This document shows, piece by piece, positions 49,594 to 57,818 of a DNA stretch of 64,000 nt (position 1 is the first letter of the stretch; each line of letters opens with the position of its first letter). This stretch comes from a virus. The translations under genes and the position numbers were made by a program. The stretch is taken from positions 1 to 64,000 of IMG/VR virus record IMGVR_UViG_3300002520_000024; one strand, 5' to 3'. The notes under the pieces are model-generated. The model did no database searches. It saw only the letters and a list, made by a program, of their open reading frames with translations, and was not told the DNA's origin.

Positions 49594-51429
49594 ATGTTTG
49601 ACAATCTCAATCACGCTCAGCTCTGCAGCCTGGCAGAGCAGGCCATAGAAATAACCCCGCCCGGGGAATGGCGGGAAGACCTCAAACTCAGCCTTGAGAT
49701 GTATAAGGCCGGTACTAACCGGATGCGCATCTTCTATTTGCTGATGCTTGAGAAATACCCTGTCGATATTGAAACCTTCCTGTTCGACCCTCAATACATG
49801 AATGCCAAGCGCCACCTGTGGCCAGAGATGGTGCCATTCATCAAAGAGGTTAATAATCCCGATGGTGACAGGCTGGGGATGCGGTACCACGAGGTTGTGC
49901 TTACCGGCGGTATCGGTACTGCCAAAACCACACAGGCGCTCTACGGCCTGGCCTACCAGCTCTACCTGCTATCCTGCTATCGGGAGCCACATCTGGTACT
50001 GGGCCAAGACCCCAGTGCGGAGATCCTGTTTATCTTCCAGTCCATCAACACCAAGGTGGCAAAGAACGATTACCTGCGCTTCCGGAGGATGATTGAACGG
50101 TCGCCGTATTTCCGTGACAACTTCAATTTTCGTCGAGACATTGAGACGGTGATGCTGTTTCCGCACTCGATCGAGGTTCAACCTGTTACCGGTGAGGTGA
50201 CGGCTACTATCGGTACGAACGTGCTCGGCGGCCTGATTGACGAAGTGAACTTCATGATCAGGACGAAGAAGTCCAAGAAATCCTCTGGTGGCAGCGGCGA
50301 CTTTGACCAGGCATCAGAACTCTACAACTCCATCGACTCCCGGCGGAAATCACGATTCATGGAATTGGGTTGTGTACCTGGACTCCTGTTTATCGCCAGC
50401 TCGAAGAACTACCCTGGTCAGTTCACCGACCTGAAAGAAAAGGAGGCTCTGACCAACCCCGGGATCTACTACTGGGACAAGCGGATCTGGGATGTTCGAC
50501 CAAACAAGTTCGGCAAGGAGCGGTTCCCAGTATTCGTCGGTGACATCAGCACCCAGCCTTTCATTGTTGACGAGCGCCACCCAGCGCCGAAGGGGGCGCA
50601 GGCCAAGGGTCTGATTGACTGGATCCCCATGGACTACCTTGACCGGTTCAAGGCAGACATCTACAACTCGTTGCGGGAGATTGCAGGGCGGTCCACCTTG
50701 AGCACCTGCCCATACATGCCAAATGCCAGAGCTGTCAGTGCCGCATTCAGACCTGCTGTGCAGTCAGTGGTGCTGCCAACCCTGGTGGACTTCGACCAGA
50801 TTTTCCCGATGGCCTACCCGCAGTACATCTTCAACAGGCACCTGCCGCGGGCGGTGCACGTTGACTTGGCAATTAACGGGGACATTGCCGGTATCAGCTG
50901 CGGCTACGTCGAGAAATTTGTATCGGTGCAGGATGAAGGCGAGAGCTATATGATGCCGTTCATCCGCTACGACTTTGTGATGGGTGTGCGGGCGCCGTCA
51001 GGTGACGATATCCAGTTCAGCAAGATCCGATTGCTGATTGTGCAGCTATTCAACATGGGCGTGCCGATAAAATGGATCTCCTTCGATACCTTCCAGTCCA
51101 AGGACTCCCAGCAGATCCTCAAACAGAAAGGCTTCATCACAGGTGAGGTATCGGTCGACGTTACCCCGCTGCCCTACGACTGCTTCAAGACTGCTATCAA
51201 CCAAGGCCGAGTGGCTGCACCACCAAACGAAGATGCGATGATTGAGTGCATCCGGCTGGAGCGTGGTGCTGACGGCAAGGTTGACCACCCTGCTGATGGT
51301 AGCAAGGATATGTCGGACTCCATGGCAGGGGTTTGTTACGTGCTGACCATGCGCCGGGAGAACTGGATGCTCCACGGGGTGCAGCCTAAATTCCCTGTTC
51401 GTGACGTGTCTCGCAAAATCGGGGACTGA
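49594..51429 (+). CDS. terminase large subunit
   Basis: Walker A-like LTGGIGTAKTT, Walker B LGGLIDEVNF, and a C-terminal nuclease-like acidic motif (VHVDLAINGD). Size about 610 aa. Confidence 0.75.
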   Translation: MFDNLNHAQLCSLAEQAIEITPPGEWREDLKLSLEMYKAGTNRMRIFYLLMLEKYPVDIETFLFDPQYMNAKRHLWPEMVPFIKEVNNPDGDRLGMRYHEVVLTGGIGTAKTTQALYGLAYQLYLLSCYREPHLVLGQDPSAEILFIFQSINTKVAKNDYLRFRRMIERSPYFRDNFNFRRDIETVMLFPHSIEVQPVTGEVTATIGTNVLGGLIDEVNFMIRTKKSKKSSGGSGDFDQASELYNSIDSRRKSRFMELGCVPGLLFIASSKNYPGQFTDLKEKEALTNPGIYYWDKRIWDVRPNKFGKERFPVFVGDISTQPFIVDERHPAPKGAQAKGLIDWIPMDYLDRFKADIYNSLREIAGRSTLSTCPYMPNARAVSAAFRPAVQSVVLPTLVDFDQIFPMAYPQYIFNRHLPRAVHVDLAINGDIAGISCGYVEKFVSVQDEGESYMMPFIRYDFVMGVRAPSGDDIQFSKIRLLIVQLFNMGVPIKWISFDTFQSKDSQQILKQKGFITGEVSVDVTPLPYDCFKTAINQGRVAAPPNEDAMIECIRLERGADGKVDHPADGSKDMSDSMAGVCYVLTMRRENWMLHGVQPKFPVRDVSRKIGD

Positions 51430-51496
51430 TCATTGCTTTACCGGCCAGCGAGCTTATAGTTGGCTGGCTATTCCAACAACCAGAAAGGATCTGAGT

Positions 51497-52078
51497 ATGA
51501 CAAAGACTACCAACCAGGCAGCCGAAGAGGTTGTGTTTGGACGTGACACCTATATCTTCGATATCGATGACACGTTGACCGACACCCGCCATCGCGCCGC
51601 CCTCAAGCCGCCGGCTGGGACTACCGCGGCGTCAGCCTATCGTGAGTTCACCGCGCAGTGCTGGAAGGACACGCCGTTGTTCGACGTCATCTGCACCCTG
51701 ATGATGCTCAATGCTGCCGGCTTCCGGATCATCCTGAAGACCGGTCGGGCCGAAGAGTTTCGCAGCATGACCGAGAACTATCTGGCTTACTGCGGCATCC
51801 CGTACAGCGACCTGATCATGTTGCCCGATGACTTTGACGGCGACTATGGTGAGTGGAAAGCAAGCCAGCTAGACAACGACATCATCGGCGGCAAAGACCG
51901 GGTGGTGGCGGTGTTCGATGATCACCCGCAGAGCGTAGCCGCCTACCGCGCTGCAGGGGTCACGGTGATGCAGGTGCACCATCGTTCCGATGACGGCGAT
52001 CAGCCGAGCCCGCTCATGGACTCTGGCCTGTATGCGCCGGTTGACCTTGATGATGACGCAGAGGAGGATCTGCAATGA
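51497..52078 (+). CDS. HAD-superfamily phosphatase
   Basis: Nucleophile motif IFDIDDTLTD, then KTGR and VAVFDDHPQ. RBS AAAGGA. Confidence 0.7.
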   Translation: MTKTTNQAAEEVVFGRDTYIFDIDDTLTDTRHRAALKPPAGTTAASAYREFTAQCWKDTPLFDVICTLMMLNAAGFRIILKTGRAEEFRSMTENYLAYCGIPYSDLIMLPDDFDGDYGEWKASQLDNDIIGGKDRVVAVFDDHPQSVAAYRAAGVTVMQVHHRSDDGDQPSPLMDSGLYAPVDLDDDAEEDLQ

Positions 52079-52863
52079 ACCTTACCCCCGCACGCCTCGG
52101 CGAAGATGTCGCAGGCAAAGCCGTAGCACTCGTTGATTTCGAGGGTATCGACGGAGCTGGCAAGAGTTCGCTTATCTCGGCCGTTGCCGGGATCTTGGAG
52201 CAGGTCTTCAGCTTGCCCAAGCAGGTTATCGGCGAGGCAGCCAATACCATTGAAGTGGTCACCCACAGCCTGCCTGACATGGAGGTACCTCTTGGCCGGG
52301 ATATTCGCTGGCTGGTGAAGCAGCAAGAGCTGACTGTCATGGAGGAGATTGCTGCCTTGACATTCAACCGTAGCCTCTGCGCTCGCCGCTTGCGCGAGAT
52401 GTACGGCGCAGGTGAAGGGGAGCAGATCAAGCATCTGGTGCTGATGGATCGTTGGCTGCCAACCTGCATCGCCTACCAGGGGGCTGATCTCGGAAACGAC
52501 CTTAGCCGGCGTTCTCTTATCGTCGACATGCACGAAAAGCTCGTGGGGCTGGATCCCATGCTTGTGGTTTACGTGGACACCGGGCCTGCAGACGCCCGCG
52601 AGCGTATGCTTGCTGCCCGGCCCAACCTCGACAACAACGAGCAAAGCCTGGAGCGCCAGAAGCAGATCCACGAAAACTACGAAGTGCAGTACCGGCACAG
52701 CATTGCTGCGCATGGGCGCTCCTGGTTGCGCGTCTGCTCACACTGGCCGATCGAGCGGGCAGCGATGTACGTGGCCAACGAAATCCTGGAGGTGCTGTCG
52801 TATCAGTTCGGCACCGAACAGACTACTGTAGAGTTTCAAAAACAAGGTGACAATCATGAGTAA
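52075..52863 (+). CDS. tmk: thymidylate (dNMP) kinase-like protein
   Basis: P-loop VDFEGIDGAGKSSLI, typical of dTMP kinases. ATGA overlap. Confidence 0.6.
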   Translation: MNLTPARLGEDVAGKAVALVDFEGIDGAGKSSLISAVAGILEQVFSLPKQVIGEAANTIEVVTHSLPDMEVPLGRDIRWLVKQQELTVMEEIAALTFNRSLCARRLREMYGAGEGEQIKHLVLMDRWLPTCIAYQGADLGNDLSRRSLIVDMHEKLVGLDPMLVVYVDTGPADARERMLAARPNLDNNEQSLERQKQIHENYEVQYRHSIAAHGRSWLRVCSHWPIERAAMYVANEILEVLSYQFGTEQTTVEFQKQGDNHE

Positions 52864-53617
52864 GTTTCTGGGTTCGTTTTTGACCATCGCCCTCTCCGTG
52901 GTGATCACTGGCGGGGCACTGCTGGGTATCGCCACTCTCAACGGTGATCCGGCTATCCTCGCCGCCTCCAATGTGGCCCCCGTAATATCGGTGATCTTGA
53001 TCTCGGCCTGGTGCCTGTGCCTGATTGTCGGGGTGGCTGCCACCTTTAAACCTGAATGGCTCTGGAGCTTCTGCCAGGTCGCGGTGAAACTGAAGAAGAT
53101 GCAGGACGATTATGACTCGCTGCTCTCCAGAACCTCGGCCCAGTACGCCAGCTTGGAAGACCAGTGCAATCGCCATAAGGCATTGCGCCTTGAGGCCGAG
53201 GCCAGCCGCAACGCTATTGAGGCTAAGCTGCGAGACGCTGAAGAATCGCTGTATCTGCTGCAGGCCCCTAAGAAAACTTTTGATGCACCGCAGAAAGCTG
53301 AGCCCGTTAATCAGCACGACCAGGTGGTTCGTGGCTTGGGTTACACGCTGGAGTCGCTGCTTTGGTCTGCCCGTGGCGGTAACGAGAATAAGGCTCCTAT
53401 CGAGATCCATGTGATCTGCCGCGGGGCTGGGCACAGTATCTACCTGGGTCAACCAATGCTCTCCAGTGCACTGCAGGAGCTGCAGGACGGTTTGGTTGCG
53501 GCTCAGCAAACATTCGACGCCTGCAACTTTGCCCAGCACGTCACCAACTGTGTGACCACCGCCAAGAACGCCGGTGACCTTGCCGAGCGGATTGCCAAAG
53601 CCACAGTAGAGGAGTGA
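52856..53617 (+). CDS. membrane-anchored coiled-coil protein
   Basis: Two N-terminal TM segments, then a coiled coil. Confidence 0.6.
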   Translation: MSKFLGSFLTIALSVVITGGALLGIATLNGDPAILAASNVAPVISVILISAWCLCLIVGVAATFKPEWLWSFCQVAVKLKKMQDDYDSLLSRTSAQYASLEDQCNRHKALRLEAEASRNAIEAKLRDAEESLYLLQAPKKTFDAPQKAEPVNQHDQVVRGLGYTLESLLWSARGGNENKAPIEIHVICRGAGHSIYLGQPMLSSALQELQDGLVAAQQTFDACNFAQHVTNCVTTAKNAGDLAERIAKATVEE

Positions 53618-53622
53618 TCGCC

Positions 53623-54138
53623 ATGGCTAAAATCAACACCAATGTAATTTACACCAGCAAGATCCTGAAGAACGTCCACGGTGGTCTGCAGTACATGCGC
53701 CCTGGTGATGCCGGGTTCGACATCCGTGCGGTGTTCGACTTGGATACAAAGGGCGTCCCAGCCGTACAGGTAACCGAGGGGCGCCAGGTTCACGCTGTGA
53801 CCTGCACCATCGAGCCTGGGGAGCAGGTGACTTTCCCTACCGGCTTCAAGATCGAGGTGCCCGAGGGTTACATGCTTGCGGTTTACCCACGTGGTGGGAA
53901 AGGTTGCGAGGGTCTGGTGCTCGGTAATCTGGTGGGCGTCATTGACCATCAGTACCAGGGGGAGGTGTTTGTCTGCCTCTGGAACCGCAGCTTCAACCCG
54001 ATCACCATCACGGCGTTTGACCGTGTGGCGCAGGGTGTGCTGCAGCCGGTAACCCAGGCTGTGTTCAAAGAGGTGGAGAAATTCACCGCACCGTCTGCCC
54101 GTGGCGAAGGCAAGCTCAACAGCAGCGGTGAGGCATAA
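53623..54138 (+). CDS. dut: dUTPase (trimeric type)
   Basis: Motifs GDAGFDIRA and GVIDHQYQGEV, plus a C-terminal RGEG motif. RBS GAGGAG. Confidence 0.85.
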   Translation: MAKINTNVIYTSKILKNVHGGLQYMRPGDAGFDIRAVFDLDTKGVPAVQVTEGRQVHAVTCTIEPGEQVTFPTGFKIEVPEGYMLAVYPRGGKGCEGLVLGNLVGVIDHQYQGEVFVCLWNRSFNPITITAFDRVAQGVLQPVTQAVFKEVEKFTAPSARGEGKLNSSGEA

Positions 54139-54413
54139 TGTCGGCCCGTAAACCGGCGCCATTTTGGGGCACCTGCTATGGAGGGCGGGTGCATCTCATT
54201 ATGTCGCGCAGCACTGATAACCGGGTGGTGGCCCACGTCACAGGGTGTGGGGCAACTGTGTTCGGGTCTGGGCGGCACCCCAACGTAGTGCCAGCAAGCG
54301 GCAACCAGGAAAACGGGGCAATCTGTCCGGAGTGCGTGGCCAAGGCCAGAGAGCTGGGGCTGACTGTCATAGGCCGGGTGAACGTCCATGGGGCAAGCGG
54401 CTACCCCTATTGA
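54138..54413 (+). CDS. zinc-ribbon protein
   Basis: 91-aa ORF. GTCYGG...CG...CPEC. Confidence 0.5.
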   Translation: MSARKPAPFWGTCYGGRVHLIMSRSTDNRVVAHVTGCGATVFGSGRHPNVVPASGNQENGAICPECVAKARELGLTVIGRVNVHGASGYPY

Positions 54414-54458
54414 GGCCGGTGTTGTATGCTACGGTGAAAACCCTGGGGGGCCGACGCC

Positions 54459-54923
54459 ATGGCACTGAATGTACGGATACCGGTAGGCGGTGATTTATTC
54501 ATCGGGCCACACCATTTCACGATAGAGCACGGCGGTGATGACTGCTTCTTATTGATGGAGCGCGACGCCCTCAATAGCAGTGTCAACCTGGCCGTTACCC
54601 AGAACAGATCAGCACACCTTCAAATAGGCGATGATGTCGCCGTCATCACTCTTGCCAATGGCAGCAACTCCTACCGCGTAGCCCTCAGTATCGACGCCCC
54701 AAAAAGCATCTCTATTCTGAGAGGTGATCTGTATCGCAAAACCGGTGGGATTTTTGTTGTATCCTCGGCAACACGAGAAAGTATCTCCAGTGGACACAAG
54801 GTAGTCAAAAGCGTCGAGCAGCTGATCGAGCTGGCCAGCCCCTATCGCGGGCGCAATGGCTGGGTCGCGTTGGATGGCTTGATGATCGAGATTGCCGGTA
54901 CCGAGATCGTCAGCATCAAGTAA
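54459..54923 (+). CDS. CsrA/RsmA-like RNA-binding domain protein (possible tandem repeat)
   Basis: LAVTQNRSAHLQIGDDVAVITLANGSNSYRVALSIDAPKSISILRGDLYRK aligns by eye with E. coli CsrA [49 protein letters not shown]. The N-terminal ~40 aa form a weaker second copy. Confidence 0.6.
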   Translation: MALNVRIPVGGDLFIGPHHFTIEHGGDDCFLLMERDALNSSVNLAVTQNRSAHLQIGDDVAVITLANGSNSYRVALSIDAPKSISILRGDLYRKTGGIFVVSSATRESISSGHKVVKSVEQLIELASPYRGRNGWVALDGLMIEIAGTEIVSIK

Positions 54924-54933
54924 GGAGTTCGAC

Positions 54934-56058
54934 ATGATAAGAATCGGGGAAGGCCCCGCGATTCAAGCGTCGCCCGTAGACCCACTGACAGCCCTGGGCC
55001 TACAGCCGATCAGCACAGTTGCGGCAGCTGCACCAGCGGTTGAACCAGTTGAACCAGAAGGCCCCCTGCAAGGGTTGGCTATCGGTGGTATCCCTCTGCC
55101 GCCGCTTAAAAAGAAACGTGCACCCGCGAAGCGCAAGCCCAAGGAGAAAGCTGAGGAGGTCTATACCGGCCCGCCCCTGCTGACTGAGGAGCTTAACGAC
55201 CCGCATGCTCGGCGAGTGCCTGAGATACCGGTGGCGCCGGCAACACCTCCTACGCAGCGAATCCTCATGCCACATAACCACCAACTGGTTATCGTGACAG
55301 ACGCCCGCACCAACGAGATTATGGACACCATTGGCAATATCATGGGGGCCGCGGTGCGCGACGGGCTGCAGGTGTTTACCCACCACCTCGACGCCAAAGG
55401 GGAAAAGCCGCTACCCCAGTTTTTCCCAGGCGTCACCTATCTGATCATGGGCAAAACAGCCTATGACCGGATCAGTCGTGAGTGTGGGGCGCTGGCAAAG
55501 AACAAGTCGATCTCTGCATACCGGCACACTGAGGTGGCCTTCAACGGTGCCGTGCTGCTGACCACCCATAGCCCCTATGGTGGCACCAAGGATTACCCGA
55601 CCCTGGTAGATATCCAGCTCGATACCCAAGCAGCCGTGCGCCGGGCCTTCACCGGTACCATAGCCCCAGGTGGCCTTGGCCAGTACGAGTGGGTCGACGA
55701 TTTTGCCCCGCTCTGCCACGCCATTCACCATGAGTACCTGCGCACCGGCCAACCTGTTCGCGTGTCATGGGACTTGGAGTGCGTGGGCTTGGACGAGCAC
55801 GACCCATTGGCCTGGATTGTCTCCATCTTCTTCTCGATGAAGGTTGGCTTCTCCACCGGCATGGCGTTTAAGTGGCACCTCGACCAACCGTGCCGAGCAG
55901 ACACCGCGATGTTCCAGGGTGGCAAAGCTGCGACATGGGACAAGCTGGTGCTGATCTGGGAACAGATAAACTGGATCCTAAACACGCCAATGGTTTGGTC
56001 TGTCGGTGCCAACCTGAAATGGAGTGCACCAACCACAGGTTCGACACCACGCTGGTAG
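54934..56058 (+). CDS. family-A DNA polymerase, N-terminal part (UDG-like region plus Exo I)
   Basis: RBS AAGGAG. VSWDLECVGLDEHD is the Exo I DxE motif. The ORF ends in an out-of-frame tail after VGANLKW. Confidence 0.7.
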   Translation: MIRIGEGPAIQASPVDPLTALGLQPISTVAAAAPAVEPVEPEGPLQGLAIGGIPLPPLKKKRAPAKRKPKEKAEEVYTGPPLLTEELNDPHARRVPEIPVAPATPPTQRILMPHNHQLVIVTDARTNEIMDTIGNIMGAAVRDGLQVFTHHLDAKGEKPLPQFFPGVTYLIMGKTAYDRISRECGALAKNKSISAYRHTEVAFNGAVLLTTHSPYGGTKDYPTLVDIQLDTQAAVRRAFTGTIAPGGLGQYEWVDDFAPLCHAIHHEYLRTGQPVRVSWDLECVGLDEHDPLAWIVSIFFSMKVGFSTGMAFKWHLDQPCRADTAMFQGGKAATWDKLVLIWEQINWILNTPMVWSVGANLKWSAPTTGSTPRW

Positions 56059-57749
56059 GCGGCCTGCTGGACGAGAACAGATCCAACAGCCTGAACAACC
56101 ACGCGAAGATCTACGCGCCGGAGATAGGTGGCTACGACGACTACTTCAACAACACCGTGGATAAGGGCCGCATGGATTTGGCGCTCGCCGCCAACCCAGA
56201 CGAGTTCAAGATTTACGCCGGAGGCGATACGGATGCGGCGCTGAGGATTTATTACCCACTGCGCGACCAGCTCTCCTACAACGAGCGGTTGACCAACCTC
56301 TACATCAACCTGGTTCACCCTGCGTCGGATTTCTTCTGCCGGCTGGAGCAGGTTGGTGTGCTGGTTGATCAGGACGAGTACGCCCGGCTCGGTGTCGAGC
56401 TGCAGGAGGAGATTGCAAGATTGCAGTCTGAGGCGGACGCGCTGTTCCCGATGCGACTGAGGGCCAAGCATAAGGGTGACACCAAGCTGACAAAAAGCGC
56501 GGTGATCGCCGATTACATGTTCAGTCAGCTGGGGCTTGGCCTGAGACCGTTGGAGTTCACGGCGAAGACCAAGAACACACCGGTACCCAAGCCGAGCACC
56601 GAGTACACGCACCTGGTCAAGTTCAAGGGGGTGCACCCTGACGTCGCCAAGTTCTTGGAGATCTACAAGGCCTATAACTCCGCGTCGAAGACATTGACCA
56701 CCTACGTCACCGGTTTCCTTTCGCACCTTCGTAGCGACGGGCGGTTCCACGCCACCTATCTGCTGCACAAGTCGGACAAGGGGGGTGACACTGGTGAGAC
56801 GGGGGGCGGTACCGTAACAGGGCGCCTGGCCTGTACTGGTCCTGCCATGCAGACCGTGCCGAGCAAGACCACGTGGGCCAAGAAGTTGCGTAAGTGCTTC
56901 CCGGCGCCGCCTGGCTACAAGGCAGTCGAGATCGACTACTCCCAAGGTGAGCTTCGTGTTGCTGCGGTGGTGGCTGGTGTCCGCGCCATGATCGACAGCT
57001 ACAACAACAACGAGGACCTGCACGTCTTGGCGGGGGCTCTCGCTGCAGGGATGAACCCCGAGGAAGTGCGCAGCTGGAAAGATTGCGGCAACCCAGAGCT
57101 GGAGAAGAAGTACAAGTTCGTGCGACAGAACGGCAAGGCTGCAAACTTCGGCCTGCTGTACGGCATGAGCGCCGAAGGCTACATGAACTACGCCCGCGAC
57201 TCCTATGGTGTGGAGATGACGCTGGACGAGGCCATCTACGCCCGCCAGGCATTCTTCGACTTGTACCCAGAGCTGCTGGACTGGCACGCCGAGTACCAGG
57301 CGAAGGCCGCCCGCGATGGCGTGATCGTCAGCCCGCTGGGCCGTGTCCGCCACCTGCCTTTCATCAACTCGCGGGATAACTCGCTGCGCAGCCAGTCCGA
57401 GCGCCAGGCTATCAACTCGCCGATCCAGGCCACGCTGTCCGACATGACCGTGCTTTCTGGTATCGAGTTTGAGAATAACTACGGGCGGTTCGGGCGGGAT
57501 AACCCGGTGCAGTTCTTCATGATGGTGCACGACGCGCTCTATGCGTACATCAAAGAGGATGACATCGATATCTGGGTACCGCGCATTGTGGAGATCATGG
57601 AGAATTTACCGTTGGCTGAGAAGTTCGGTTGGTACAATATCCCCTTGAAATTTGCAGCCGAGCCAGAGGCCGGGTCAAATCTGGCGGACAAGCACGAGCT
57701 GCACTTCACGCCGGAGCACCTGCGCACTGTCCTGAAATGGGCGGCTTAA
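56019..57749 (+). CDS. family-A DNA polymerase, C-terminal part (rest of exo domain plus polymerase)
   Basis: RFDTTLVGGLLDE (Exo II region), DYSQGELRV (motif A), RQNGKAANFGLLYGMS (motif B) and MMVHDALY (motif C). This frame is open from 55872. Confidence 0.8.
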   Translation: MECTNHRFDTTLVGGLLDENRSNSLNNHAKIYAPEIGGYDDYFNNTVDKGRMDLALAANPDEFKIYAGGDTDAALRIYYPLRDQLSYNERLTNLYINLVHPASDFFCRLEQVGVLVDQDEYARLGVELQEEIARLQSEADALFPMRLRAKHKGDTKLTKSAVIADYMFSQLGLGLRPLEFTAKTKNTPVPKPSTEYTHLVKFKGVHPDVAKFLEIYKAYNSASKTLTTYVTGFLSHLRSDGRFHATYLLHKSDKGGDTGETGGGTVTGRLACTGPAMQTVPSKTTWAKKLRKCFPAPPGYKAVEIDYSQGELRVAAVVAGVRAMIDSYNNNEDLHVLAGALAAGMNPEEVRSWKDCGNPELEKKYKFVRQNGKAANFGLLYGMSAEGYMNYARDSYGVEMTLDEAIYARQAFFDLYPELLDWHAEYQAKAARDGVIVSPLGRVRHLPFINSRDNSLRSQSERQAINSPIQATLSDMTVLSGIEFENNYGRFGRDNPVQFFMMVHDALYAYIKEDDIDIWVPRIVEIMENLPLAEKFGWYNIPLKFAAEPEAGSNLADKHELHFTPEHLRTVLKWAA

Positions 57750-57818
57750 ACTTTACCGGTGGCGGGTTTGCGCGGATAATCCAGCAATACCCGCCTCTTA
57801 GCATCTGAGGATTTACCC

